A stretch of DNA of 54,078 nucleotides from an archaeon (GTDB lineage Archaea; Nanobdellota; Nanobdellia; Pacearchaeales; GW2011-AR1). The stretch lies in the NCBI GenBank assembly GCA_043810865.1, contig JBDRNS010000014.1:1-54078 (forward strand), read 5' to 3'. Below the pieces are notes generated by a model. The model ran no database searches. It saw nothing but the letters and a program-made list of their open reading frames with translations, and was not told the DNA's origin. Shown here in pieces: positions 24,310-33,573 of this stretch. The translations under genes were made by a program, and so were the position numbers. How positions within the stretch are numbered: the stretch's first letter is position 1; the number at the start of each line of letters is the position of its first letter.

Positions 24310-24823
24310 AACCAGAATAAGGCCTATAAAGCCATTCTTTTAATAACAGGGGCGAAATTCCTTTGATATCATATTCAAAATTTAATGGGTAAGCGCCACT
24401 AACTAAAATTATTCCTTTATTTCCGTGAGGAGCATCTAAGTGAATTGTGTCTCTTACATCTCCTCGATCTTCTAAAAAATGTCCTTCATGAAAAACTGAA
24501 ACATCTTCTGTAAGCAGTTCAAGATTAGGGGCTGCTACAACATACGTGTCTGGAGTGGAACCCTTAATAACAGAACTTGCTCCAATATATGCTTCTAATT
24601 TCTCTACGCCTCCCTTAATAACTACTGGAGCAAATGCAACAATTCTTAATGGTCCCTGTTGTTCTATAAATGTAGGACTATTAATTAGGAATTCGTGTCG
24701 CTCCCCATGGTGCAAATCATCAATAACTTCAAACTCTAAATCCTCAAATTCTCTCCTAGGCGGCAAGTTGTCCATAACTTTTAGTCCCAATTCCTTAAAA
24801 CTTTTATACATATAAAACTGCAA
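24290..24823 (-). CDS. Orphan protein, unknown function
   Basis: Its 3' end overlaps the pyrH 3' end by 20 nt (convergent). No motif recognised. Confidence 0.45.
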   Translation of the reverse strand: MQFYMYKSFKELGLKVMDNLPPRREFEDLEFEVIDDLHHGERHEFLINSPTFIEQQGPLRIVAFAPVVIKGGVEKLEAYIGASSVIKGSTPDTYVVAAPNLELLTEDVSVFHEGHFLEDRGDVRDTIHLDAPHGNKGIILVSGAYPLNFEYDIKGISPLLLKEWLYRPYSGSIARLL

Positions 24824-24899
24824 TAAAATATCTTTTTAAATCTATTCAAAACAACCACCAGAAATAAAAACATAAAAACCTATTTCTCCTGTTTTATTT

Positions 24900-25355
24900 A
24901 TGCAAGATACAATTTTCATCAACGAAAAAACATTTGAAAAAGCGCGGAAAGAAATCAGGAAAAATAAAGGCAGGGAGATAATTTTTTCCAGCAATGATGA
25001 TGAATTAAACCGCAAAATTTTAGAGAAGGAAAAAATCAATGTTCTTTTGCTTAATCATAAAGGAAGAAGGGACAGGCAGAAGCAGAGAGAATCAGGATTA
25101 AATCATGTTTTGGCGAAAATTGCGAAGAAAAATAATATTGCTATTGGAGTGAATTTTGATGAAATTTTTGAAGCGAGAGGAAAAGCAAAAGCAGATATTT
25201 TGGCTAGGATTTCTCAAAACATAAAACTTTGCAATAAAGCGCGGATTCCAATGAAATTTATTGCGCAAAAAAAGGAAAATTACCGAGATATCAATGATTT
25301 GAAAGCGCTGGGTTTGGTTTTGGGAATGCCGACGTGGATGACAAAGGAGATTTAA
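24900..25355 (+). CDS. RNase P protein component 3 (Rpp30-like), short form
   Basis: ESGLNHVLAKIAKKNNIAIGVNFDEI...ILARISQNIKLCNKARIPM...DLKALGLVLGM follows the archaeal Rpp30 (PHP-like barrel) pattern. Only 151 aa, versus about 210-240 typical. Confidence 0.6.
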   Translation: MQDTIFINEKTFEKARKEIRKNKGREIIFSSNDDELNRKILEKEKINVLLLNHKGRRDRQKQRESGLNHVLAKIAKKNNIAIGVNFDEIFEARGKAKADILARISQNIKLCNKARIPMKFIAQKKENYRDINDLKALGLVLGMPTWMTKEI

Positions 25356-25530
25356 TTGCTCGCCAAAGCCAAGATAAATTCTTTTAGAATTTAGTGTCGG
25401 CGCTCGCAAGATTAATGAGTTAAAATTTCTTCGCGGAAAATCTGAGCTAAGCCGGATTTGGAGTCAATAAATATCTGTGAGTTTACGAACAGGTAAATTA
25501 TCGGCGAACGAGTTTACGAGTGAGCGCAAT
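25356..25530 (-). repeat. Composite intergenic repeat, copy E (inverted orientation)
   Basis: The reverse complement begins CTCACTCGTAAACTCGTTCGCCGATAATTTACC. It contains the duplicated unit GAGTTTACGA (25479-25488 and 25511-25520), an AAATC...GATTT hairpin (25437-25459) and GTCGGCGCTCGCAAGATTAAT. TTGCTCGCC starts 1 nt after the Rpp30 stop. Confidence 0.5.
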
Positions 25531-25575
25531 ACAAAAAATCTATAAACTTTTTAAGCCACTTTTCTTAATTAAAAA

Positions 25576-27084
25576 ATGGACAAACAGAGAATTATTGAAT
25601 CGTTAAGCTTGAATGAAATCAAGATTTTGCCTTACCTGAAAAAAAGCGTTGATGAAATTTGTTCTGAAACAAAATTAGACAGAACTTCTGTCTTGAGGGC
25701 ATTGGAATATTTGAAGAACAAAAATCTGGTAAATCTTTCTTACAAAAATAAAAAGATTGTTGAGTTGGGAGTTAACGGCGCGCTTTACAAAAAAAGAGGG
25801 CTGCCTGAGAGGAGATTGCTCAATATTTTAAAAGAAAAAAGAATTCTTCATTTTGAGGAAGCGCAGAAACTTGCCTTGCTTTCTGACGAGGAATTCAAAG
25901 CAGCGCTCGGAATTTTAAAAAGAAATAATTTTATTGAACTGAAAAACCAAAAAGTAATTCTTAGTCAAGGAGGGGTTTTCAGGAAATTTCCCGAGGAATC
26001 ACTGCTGGAACTTTTGCCGGTTGAATATGATTCACTGGACAAAGAACAAATTTCTGTTTTAAAATCTCTTCATAGCAGAAAAGAAATCGTTCACATCAAA
26101 GATGAAAAGGAAATTGAAATTCAGCCGACAAAATTGGGCGAAGAATTATCCAAAGAAAAAATAAAAACAGACAATTTTGTAGAACAAATTACTCCAGAGA
26201 TTCTTAAGAAAGATTCTTTGTGGAAAGGCAAGAAGTTCAGAAGATATGATGTCGCTGCAAGAGTTCCGACTGTTTACGGCGGGAAAAGGCATTTTGTAAA
26301 TCAGGCAAGCGATTATGCAAGAAAAATCTGGACAGAAATGGGTTTCAAGGAGATGACCGGGAACTTGGTTGAAAGTTCTTTCTGGAATTTTGACGCTTTG
26401 TTTACTGCACAGGACCATCCAGTGAGGGAAATGCAGGATACTTTTTTTATTGACAAAAAAATAGCACTTCCTGAAAAGAAAATTTTGAAAGAAGTCAGGG
26501 GAAGCCATGAGGGAAAAATAAAAGGAAGTAAAGGGTGGAGTTATGAATGGAGCGAAGAAGAAGCTAAGAAAGCTGTTTTGAGAACGCACACAACAATGCT
26601 TTCTGCTCAGACACTTTCAAAATTGAGCGCGAAAGAACTGCCACAGAAATTTTTCGCGCTAGGAAAATGCTTCAGAAACGAAACACTTGACTGGAAGCAC
26701 GGATTTGAATTCAACCAAACCGAGGGAATTGTCGTCGACAAAAATGCAAATTTCAGGCATCTTCTAGGTTACCTAACCCAATTCTTCAAGAAAATGGGTT
26801 TTGAAAAAATAAGAATTCGTCCAGGATATTTCCCCTACACAGAACCAAGCGTTGAGATTGACGTTTACAATGAAGAAAAAAAAGAGTGGCTTGAACTCGG
26901 AGGTGCGGGAATTTTCAGGCCAGAAGTTGTAATTCCATTACTGGGAGAAAATATTCCTGTTCTTGCATGGGGACCTGGCTTTGACAGAATTCTGATGGAT
27001 TATTACAAAATTACAGACATACGAGAACTTTACAAAAATGACATAACTAAATTAAGAAAAATGAAATTTTGGATAAAAACATGA
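25576..27084 (+). CDS. pheS: Phenylalanyl-tRNA synthetase alpha subunit (archaeal/eukaryal type)
   Basis: N-terminal winged-helix repeats. Class II core FRNETLDWKHGFEFNQTEG and GAGIFRPEV. Confidence 0.9.
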   Translation: MDKQRIIESLSLNEIKILPYLKKSVDEICSETKLDRTSVLRALEYLKNKNLVNLSYKNKKIVELGVNGALYKKRGLPERRLLNILKEKRILHFEEAQKLALLSDEEFKAALGILKRNNFIELKNQKVILSQGGVFRKFPEESLLELLPVEYDSLDKEQISVLKSLHSRKEIVHIKDEKEIEIQPTKLGEELSKEKIKTDNFVEQITPEILKKDSLWKGKKFRRYDVAARVPTVYGGKRHFVNQASDYARKIWTEMGFKEMTGNLVESSFWNFDALFTAQDHPVREMQDTFFIDKKIALPEKKILKEVRGSHEGKIKGSKGWSYEWSEEEAKKAVLRTHTTMLSAQTLSKLSAKELPQKFFALGKCFRNETLDWKHGFEFNQTEGIVVDKNANFRHLLGYLTQFFKKMGFEKIRIRPGYFPYTEPSVEIDVYNEEKKEWLELGGAGIFRPEVVIPLLGENIPVLAWGPGFDRILMDYYKITDIRELYKNDITKLRKMKFWIKT

Positions 27085-27410
27085 TGGACTTTGAAGAACT
27101 GAAAAAATTTGTAGAAATGGAGAATAAAAGATTAAGAGAAAAATATGGAAACTATGGTGATGAAGAAAAAAGAATTTTAGCAAGAGCAGTTAAATTAAGC
27201 GAAGAAATTGGAGAATTATGCAGTGAGATTTTATCTATGAATTCATTTCAGAGAAAAGAAAAATTAGATTTGCACAACAAAGAAAGTTTATCAAATGAAT
27301 TTGCAGATGTTATAATAACAACTTTATTGCTTGCAAAATCCACAGACGTTGATATTGAAAAATCATTGGAAAATAAAATTGAAAAAATAAATCAGAGATA
27401 CAAAAAATGA
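27081..27410 (+). CDS. MazG-like nucleoside triphosphate pyrophosphohydrolase
   Basis: LSEEIGELCSEIL and EFADVIITTLLLA (EExxE...ExxD four-helix MazG pattern). The ATG overlaps the pheS stop (ATGA). Confidence 0.7.
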   Translation: MMDFEELKKFVEMENKRLREKYGNYGDEEKRILARAVKLSEEIGELCSEILSMNSFQRKEKLDLHNKESLSNEFADVIITTLLLAKSTDVDIEKSLENKIEKINQRYKK

Positions 27411-27871
27411 AAAAAACAATGACTCTTTGCATAATTCAAAAACCGGAAAAAATATTGCTGGGAATGAAAAAACGCGGGTTGGGAGAAGGAAAATGGAACG
27501 GATTCGGAGGCAAGGTTGAAGAAAATGAAACAGTTAAGGAAGCGGCAATCAGAGAATTAAAGGAGGAAGCAGGAGTAATTGTTGATAAACTTGAAAAAAT
27601 CGGAGTAAATGAATTTAAATTTGAAAATGAAGATAAGATTTTTGAGGTTCATATTTTCAAGGCAAGAGAATTTTCCGGAGATATTAGAGAAAGCGAGGAA
27701 ATGAAACCGCAATGGTTCTCTCTTGATGAAATTCCTTTTGAAAAAATGTGGCCCGACGATAAATTCTGGCTGCCGTTGTTTTTGAAAGAAAAGAAATTCA
27801 GGGGAGATTTTTTGTTTCAGGGCTTTGATAAAATACTTGAACATGAACTTGCAGAGGTGGGGGAAATATAA
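27407..27871 (+). CDS. NUDIX hydrolase (MutT/MTH1-like)
   Basis: Nudix box GGKVEENETVKEAAIRELKEEAGV. The ATG overlaps the mazG-like stop (ATGA). Confidence 0.8.
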   Translation: MKKTMTLCIIQKPEKILLGMKKRGLGEGKWNGFGGKVEENETVKEAAIRELKEEAGVIVDKLEKIGVNEFKFENEDKIFEVHIFKAREFSGDIRESEEMKPQWFSLDEIPFEKMWPDDKFWLPLFLKEKKFRGDFLFQGFDKILEHELAEVGEI

Positions 27872-29505
27872 TGGCGGTTGTAAATTTCAGCAGAAAAATT
27901 TTTGAAAGAGAAATCGGAAAACTTGATGAAAAAACGCAGACGCGGATTTCAATGTTCGGAACTCCTGTAGAAGCGATTGATGACAAGGAGATACAAATTG
28001 AGATTTTTCCGAACCGCCCTGATTTGCTCTCTTATCACGGATTCAAAAGAGCATTTCTGGCTTTTCTTGGGAAAAAAACAGGGCTGAGAGAATACAAAAT
28101 AAAATCTCCTGAAAAAGATTACAAAGTTATCATTGAGTCGTCTGTAAAATCTGTGAGACCTTATACAGCATGCACAATTGTCCGCGGGTTGAGATTGGAT
28201 GACGAAAAAATAAAAGAAATAATTGAAATTCAGGAGAAAATTCACGCGACTTTAGGCAGAAAAAGAAAAAAGGTTGCGATAGGAATTTATCCTCTTGACA
28301 AAATAAAACTTCCAATAACATTCAAGGCAATTGAACCGGATAAAATAAAATTTATTCCCTTGGAAACAGAAAAGGAAATGTCAGGATTAGAAATTTTGCA
28401 AAGGCATCCGGCAGGAAAAGAATACGCGCATCTTCTTTCAGGCAAGGAGAAATTTCCGCTTTTTGTCGACGCTGCAAATAATATCCTGAGCATGCCCCCC
28501 ATAATTAATTCAGAACTCACAGGAAAAATAACTGCAGAAACAAAAGATATCTTTGTCGAATGCTCCGGTTTTGACTTTGAGATACTAAAAAAAAGCATAA
28601 ACATTCTCGCAACAATGTTTTCTGATATGGGCGGAACGATTTACCAAATGGAAATTTATTACGGCAGGAAAAAAGAAATAACTCCCAATCTGAAAACAGA
28701 TGAAATGAAAATTTCTGCTGAAAACACGAACAAACTTCTTGGGCTTGAACTTAAAGAAAAGCAGATAAAATATTGTCTTGAGAAAATGGGGCATGCATAC
28801 AGCAAGGGAATTGTGAAAATTCCGTCGTGGAGAACAGATGTGCTGCATGAAGTTGATTTGATAGAAGATGTTGCAATTGCTTACGGGCTTGAAAATTTTG
28901 TTCCGGAAATTCCTGATATTTCAACAATCGGCGGAGAAGATAAAAAGGAAATCATGAAAAGAAAAATCTGTGAAATCCTTTCAGGATTGGGAATGCTGGA
29001 AGTTTCAAGTTACCACCTTACAAACAAAATTTTCCAGTTTAAAAAAATGAACATGCCGGAGGAAAATTTTGTTGAACTGGAAGAATCAAAAACCGACTAC
29101 AATATTTTAAGAAAAAATCTATCGCATTATTTGCTGAAAATATTTTCTGAAAATCCTGATTCTGAATACCCTCAAAAAATATTTGAAATCGGAAAAGTTT
29201 TTGAGTCAAACAATGAAAAAATAAATGAAAGCGAAAAACTTGCCCTTGCTGTCTCGCCTGGGAATTTTACAGATGTAAAACAAATTCTTGAATATCTGGC
29301 GAAAGTGACTGAAAAAGAAATAAAAATAACTGAATCAGAGGAATCTCCTAATTATTTCATTCACGGAAGAACCGGAAAGATAATCTTAAACGGAAAAGCA
29401 ATTGGGTTTATCGGAGAGATTCATCCGAAAATTTTGAGAAACTGGAAAATAAAAATGCCTGTTTCCCTGTTTGAAATTGATTTGGAAGAAGTTTTAAGAG
29501 ATTAA
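27871..29505 (+). CDS. pheT: Phenylalanyl-tRNA synthetase beta subunit (archaeal type)
   Basis: 544 aa with B3/4-B5-catalytic-like organisation. N-terminus MAVVNFSRKIFEREIG and IFPNRPDLLSYHG are typical of archaeal PheT. Start overlaps the nudix stop (TAATG). Confidence 0.85.
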   Translation: MAVVNFSRKIFEREIGKLDEKTQTRISMFGTPVEAIDDKEIQIEIFPNRPDLLSYHGFKRAFLAFLGKKTGLREYKIKSPEKDYKVIIESSVKSVRPYTACTIVRGLRLDDEKIKEIIEIQEKIHATLGRKRKKVAIGIYPLDKIKLPITFKAIEPDKIKFIPLETEKEMSGLEILQRHPAGKEYAHLLSGKEKFPLFVDAANNILSMPPIINSELTGKITAETKDIFVECSGFDFEILKKSINILATMFSDMGGTIYQMEIYYGRKKEITPNLKTDEMKISAENTNKLLGLELKEKQIKYCLEKMGHAYSKGIVKIPSWRTDVLHEVDLIEDVAIAYGLENFVPEIPDISTIGGEDKKEIMKRKICEILSGLGMLEVSSYHLTNKIFQFKKMNMPEENFVELEESKTDYNILRKNLSHYLLKIFSENPDSEYPQKIFEIGKVFESNNEKINESEKLALAVSPGNFTDVKQILEYLAKVTEKEIKITESEESPNYFIHGRTGKIILNGKAIGFIGEIHPKILRNWKIKMPVSLFEIDLEEVLRD

Positions 29506-29804
29506 ACAGAATTAATCAATTCTCTCTCCCAATTTCCTCTTCTTAAATAAAGCAAATTAGCTCCTGTATATCTTGGGACTTGTCCTATTGTGGTATAACA
29601 TCCTGAAAAAACTGTTTTTCCATTATGCCTGACATGAAATTTAATCCCACCAGAAGATTCATCAAGGGAAATTCTTAAGTTATCAAAAATTACTTCTTTA
29701 CCCGCGAAATCCGAGAGTAAGTCATAAAGTTTCCCGCAAACTTTTTTCAATTTTCGCTGCTTTACTTTAACACCCTGATAATTTACAAAATCAATGTCCG
29801 CCAT
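29502..29804 (-). CDS. Orphan 100-aa protein
   Basis: Convergent 4-nt overlap with pheT. No motif recognised. Confidence 0.45.
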   Translation of the reverse strand: MADIDFVNYQGVKVKQRKLKKVCGKLYDLLSDFAGKEVIFDNLRISLDESSGGIKFHVRHNGKTVFSGCYTTIGQVPRYTGANLLYLRRGNWERELINSV

Positions 29805-29847
29805 TATTATTAATACTCTGGGGATTTATAAAAATTATTGCATTAAA

Positions 29848-30336
29848 TCATCCAAAATAGCCCTTGCCATTTCCTTCGACCTTATTGTCCCACTTCTTTT
29901 TTATTGAATCAACAACATCAAGCAAGTCGTCTTTCATCCCGCGCCACATTTTAAAAGAGCTTTTAATGAATTCTATTTCTTTATTCTCTGAGAATTCAAT
30001 ATCAAGTTCTATTATATTTACTTCATTTTTTATGAGCTGCTTGTAAATTTCTGTTATTTTCTTTTTGTCCTCGGCGTTGAGAGTTTTTATGACGCTGAAT
30101 ACAAACATCGGAGCACCTGTCGGATTTAACAGCATTTCAAGGAATCTCAGGTAAGCGGAAAATTTTTCAGCCATGTGTCTTCTCACTTCCCTGACAAGAA
30201 TTTCAGATTCATTTTCCTGAATTTTTTCTATGGAAAAATCCTCGTTCATTTCATTAAAAGACGGCAGAGAATATTTTTTCTGAATCTCTGAATAGTCCTT
30301 TTTCAGTTTTTCAAGTTTTGATTCTTCTTTTGACAT
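29848..30336 (-). CDS. Hypothetical helical protein
   Basis: Composition resembles the core genes. No motif recognised. Confidence 0.55.
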   Translation of the reverse strand: MSKEESKLEKLKKDYSEIQKKYSLPSFNEMNEDFSIEKIQENESEILVREVRRHMAEKFSAYLRFLEMLLNPTGAPMFVFSVIKTLNAEDKKKITEIYKQLIKNEVNIIELDIEFSENKEIEFIKSSFKMWRGMKDDLLDVVDSIKKKWDNKVEGNGKGYFG

Positions 30337-30430
30337 TTTTAGAAATACGATAATGATTTTATAAATTTATTGAAAAAAGAATTATTAGATTTTATACTAA
30401 GAGTTATTTTTAGATGATTTATGGTTTAGA

Positions 30431-30901
30431 TTAATTTAAAAGATGTCTAATATCGCTTTTGTCCGCAGTAAAAGTGTAAACTTCACATTCTCCATCAGAA
30501 GTTATAGGTTCTCCAAAAGAATTATCTCTTCTTTTTGCGTAAAGGAATCTATAAGTCAACTCTGCCCAATGAACACGTCTTCTCTTTTCTTCAAGATATG
30601 TAGTTAAGGCTCTTTTAAACTCTCTTGGAGCATTTGGGAGAACAGCATCAACATCCTCATAAGAACTTAAGGATTTAAGAACCATTTGAAATGCATTATC
30701 TCCTCCAGTTTGGGGGGCGATTTCTCCCAAAAGAGGGTGTACTATTCTACTTTTATCAGTAAAAATTAAATCTCCTCCTGGAAACATTAGATAATACCCT
30801 TCTTGCCCATTTGAAGATCTTCCCCTAAATCCTTCAATCTCAAATTCACTTGAATGAGTTGGAAATATTTCATTTAACATAAAACTCTTAAAATTAGTCA
30901 T
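30431..30901 (-). CDS. Orphan 156-aa protein
   Basis: No motif recognised. Lies immediately downstream of tRNA-Thr on the same strand. Confidence 0.5.
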   Translation of the reverse strand: MTNFKSFMLNEIFPTHSSEFEIEGFRGRSSNGQEGYYLMFPGGDLIFTDKSRIVHPLLGEIAPQTGGDNAFQMVLKSLSSYEDVDAVLPNAPREFKRALTTYLEEKRRRVHWAELTYRFLYAKRRDNSFGEPITSDGECEVYTFTADKSDIRHLLN

Positions 30902-30923
30902 TTATAAATCTTATGAAACAAAA

Positions 30924-30997
30924 AGCCTCAGCTGAGAATTGAACTCAGGACCTCGACATTACCAATGTCGCGCTCTAACCGACTGAGCTACTGAGGC
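30924..30997 (-). tRNA. tRNA-Thr (anticodon GGU), no intron
   Basis: GCCTCAG-TA-GCTC-AGTCGGTTA-GAGC-G-CGACA-TTGGTAA-TGTCG-AGGTC-CTGAG-TTCAATT-CTCAG-CTGAGGC-T. Confidence 0.9.
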
Positions 30998-31018
30998 CTG
31001 AGAATAAATTTCAAGAAT

Positions 31019-31028
31019 TATATTTAAA
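31019..31028 (-). promoter_or_regulatory. TATA-like box for tRNA-Thr
   Basis: Minus-strand TTTAAATATA, 22 nt upstream of the tRNA 5' end. Confidence 0.45.
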
Positions 31029-31030
31029 TC

Positions 31031-31363
31031 TTACCTGCGCATCATCCTGAGGAAAAACAAAATCAAATACACTAGAACAAATGCCACAAAGACAAATCCC
31101 GTAACCAGCGCGAACATTTTGAAGAAATTTCTGAAGAGTTCGTTTGAAGTAACGTAATAAAGTCCAAGGGAAATAATGAATAATATTCCAAAAACAAACA
31201 TATTCTTTATGACAATATTCTTTTTTCTTTCAGGATGAACCATTCTTTTTGAAGTTCTTGTTCCTGAATTTCTTCTGCTTCTTCTGTAAGATGAAGTTCT
31301 TCCCGAGACCCTTCCTGAAGTTTTTCGTGAAACTCTCTTCTTACTTCTCCTCTTTTTAACCAT
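31031..31363 (-). CDS. Small membrane protein with Arg/Ser-rich basic N-terminus
   Basis: MVKKRRSKKRVSRKTSGRVSGR... followed by two TM segments. Confidence 0.55.
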   Translation of the reverse strand: MVKKRRSKKRVSRKTSGRVSGRTSSYRRSRRNSGTRTSKRMVHPERKKNIVIKNMFVFGILFIISLGLYYVTSNELFRNFFKMFALVTGFVFVAFVLVYLILFFLRMMRR

Positions 31364-31400
31364 ATTAATTTATAGACAATATTGTTTTTAAGGGTTTCTA

Positions 31401-31718
31401 CTATGAGGTTTTGTTTTCTGTTCCCCAGTCCATATTAATTGCGTCAGATGTCAGGACTTTCATGTTTTCAAAAGCCGAGCCAATCCATGAGAAATAAACT
31501 CTGCTGAAATCAGTCATGTCACTAAAGTCATTTATATTTGCGTCGGAGACGACATAAACGTATCCCAATGAACCCATTAAAAAAACAAACAGAACAATGA
31601 ACAATCTCACTGCGAATGCCTGTTTTTTGGTAATGATTGACAATGAAATCATGACTATAAGAACGACGATTGCGATAAGTATCGGGATTGTAATTAGCAT
31701 AAAATACAGAAACAACAA
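31401..31718 (-). CDS. Small membrane protein
   Basis: Two TM segments followed by an acidic tail. Confidence 0.5.
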   Translation of the reverse strand: MLFLYFMLITIPILIAIVVLIVMISLSIITKKQAFAVRLFIVLFVFLMGSLGYVYVVSDANINDFSDMTDFSRVYFSWIGSAFENMKVLTSDAINMDWGTENKTS

Positions 31719-31772
31719 TTGTATAAAAATGTTTCTAGTAACATTTAAAATGTTCAGAGAATTACTTTAACT

Positions 31773-32144
31773 ATGAAAAGTGGTGTTGTATTTGGAATTA
31801 TTTTAGTGATTGCATTGATTATTGCAGGGTATTTTTTATTTATGGGGAAAAGTTCAGATAATTTACCATTGCAAAACAGCGGAACTGAAAGCGGGAATAT
31901 AATTGAAATAAAAAATTTTGCATTTCAGCCAAATGAATTAACAATAAGCCAGGGTGATACTGTTGTTTGGACTAACAAAGATGCAGGAGTAAAACATACA
32001 GTTACTTCTGATTCCGGAAATGAACTTGATTCAGAACTTCTCTCAAAAGGAGAAAGTTATTCTCACACTTTCAATGAAAAAGGAACTTTTGATTATCACT
32101 GCACACCGCATCCTTATATGGAAGGGAAAGTGATTGTGGAGTAA
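31773..32144 (+). CDS. Membrane-anchored type-1 copper protein (amicyanin/plastocyanin-like cupredoxin)
   Basis: N-terminal TM. Cu ligands His (VKHTVTS) and C-x2-H-x2-M in DYHCTPHPYM, the spacing found in amicyanin. Confidence 0.75.
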   Translation: MKSGVVFGIILVIALIIAGYFLFMGKSSDNLPLQNSGTESGNIIEIKNFAFQPNELTISQGDTVVWTNKDAGVKHTVTSDSGNELDSELLSKGESYSHTFNEKGTFDYHCTPHPYMEGKVIVE

Positions 32145-32192
32145 TTTTTAGTATAATAATTTATTTAAAGGAGTATAAATCTCGATTTTATA

Positions 32193-33074
32193 ATGAACGA
32201 AGAGATAAATTTTATTGTCCCAGAAAAAATTAGTTTATTAAATCACCCAACATTAAATGAAAAATGGGTTCAGCAAAAAATAGCAGATACTCCCCAAGTA
32301 TTAGATATTAGTGGACATAATCTAATTTTAAGGGATAAAGAAAGAATACAACCAAGAGCAGGGAGGCTTGACTTATTATTTCAATGTTCTGATTGTGATA
32401 AAAGATTTGAAGTGGAAGTTCAACTTGGAAAAGTTGATGAAAGCCATATCATAAGAACTATTGAATATTGGGATATAGAAAGAAAAAGATACCCTCAATA
32501 TGACCATTGTGCAGTTATAATTGCTGAAGATATAACAAACAGATTTCTAAATGTAATAAATCTTCTTAATGGGGCGATTCCCTTAATTGTTATAAAAATG
32601 GAAGCATATAAACATCAAAATAATTCTTGGCTTACTTTTACAACGGTTTTAAATGAAGCTAATTTGGGGTTAGTTGAAGAAGATGAAATAAAAGAAGTAA
32701 CAGACAGAAATTATTGGGAGAAAATGGGGCCAAAAACCATTACATTAGCAGATGAGGTAATTAAAATGATAAAAGAATTTGATAGTAATTATGAATTAAA
32801 ATATAATAAATTTTATATTGGATTGGCAAAAAATGGACAACCAGATAATTTTGTTACTTTTCGGCTTAGAAAAACAATGGTTGTAATGGACATTAAGTTA
32901 GAACAACTTAATGAAACAGATAAATTAATTGAAGATTCTGGATTAGATTTAATGGGTTATGATAGTAAATGGGGAAGGTATAATATAAGAATTTCTGGTG
33001 GAGATTTAGAAAAAAACAGAGAATTAATTATGAGGTTATTAAAAATGGCTTCTGGTAGAAACATAGAAGATTAA
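32193..33074 (+). CDS. PD-(D/E)xK nuclease-like protein (NucS/DUF91-like core) with C-terminal extension
   Basis: RAGRLDLLFQ...FEVEVQLGKVDESHIIRTIEYW matches the D...ExK core followed by the conserved helix seen in RecB-like nucleases. Confidence 0.5.
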   Translation: MNEEINFIVPEKISLLNHPTLNEKWVQQKIADTPQVLDISGHNLILRDKERIQPRAGRLDLLFQCSDCDKRFEVEVQLGKVDESHIIRTIEYWDIERKRYPQYDHCAVIIAEDITNRFLNVINLLNGAIPLIVIKMEAYKHQNNSWLTFTTVLNEANLGLVEEDEIKEVTDRNYWEKMGPKTITLADEVIKMIKEFDSNYELKYNKFYIGLAKNGQPDNFVTFRLRKTMVVMDIKLEQLNETDKLIEDSGLDLMGYDSKWGRYNIRISGGDLEKNRELIMRLLKMASGRNIED

Positions 33075-33084
33075 TAACAATCTT

Positions 33085-33106
33085 ATCAATCTGCGAACGA
33101 AGTGAG
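33085..33106 (-). repeat. Intergenic CG-motif repeat, exact 16-mer copy
   Basis: The reverse complement reads CTCACTTCGTTCGCAGATTGAT, identical over 16 nt to 36523-36538. It starts 15 nt after the stop of the minus-strand gene 33122-33523. Confidence 0.6.
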
Positions 33107-33121
33107 CAGGAAGATTTTTAT

Positions 33122-33523
33122 TTATTTTTTCTTATCTAAAATTCCTGAAATTTCCAAGCCGAGATAGAAAACCAAAATGTGATAAATCCACCAGAAAAAA
33201 GGATGAAGGAAAATTCCGAATATTACAAATGGCGGCGGAGCGTAAAGTGCTGTAACTCCAAGGAACTGGACAAATCCTGAATAAGATGAAACCAGATAAT
33301 AAAACGAAATCCACGTTCCGAAGACGAATGAAAAAATTAATTTTCTCATATGGGATTTTTTGTTGTAAATTGAAAACCAAATGAAAGCGAACAGAGTTGC
33401 ATTCGCAAATTTTGAAATGTAATAATAATTTGTTTCACCGACGCCTGTTAGATGAAGAATAAAATCCATAATCCAGAAAACAGCAACAACTATTGCTATT
33501 TTGTAAATCACTTCTTTTTTCAT
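33122..33523 (-). CDS. Integral membrane protein (4 TM)
   Basis: Hydrophobic throughout. No motif recognised. Confidence 0.6.
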   Translation of the reverse strand: MKKEVIYKIAIVVAVFWIMDFILHLTGVGETNYYYISKFANATLFAFIWFSIYNKKSHMRKLIFSFVFGTWISFYYLVSSYSGFVQFLGVTALYAPPPFVIFGIFLHPFFWWIYHILVFYLGLEISGILDKKK

Positions 33524-33573
33524 TGAAACACTAGTATAATTAAATTTATAAAATCTTCTTATACAGAAAATTA

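Noticed and set aside
29502-30997. Integrated element next to tRNA-Thr (three orphan or hypothetical genes on the same strand)
   Set aside because: There is no integrase, no duplicated tRNA 3' segment (att) and no phage-like genes. Composition alone is not enough evidence.
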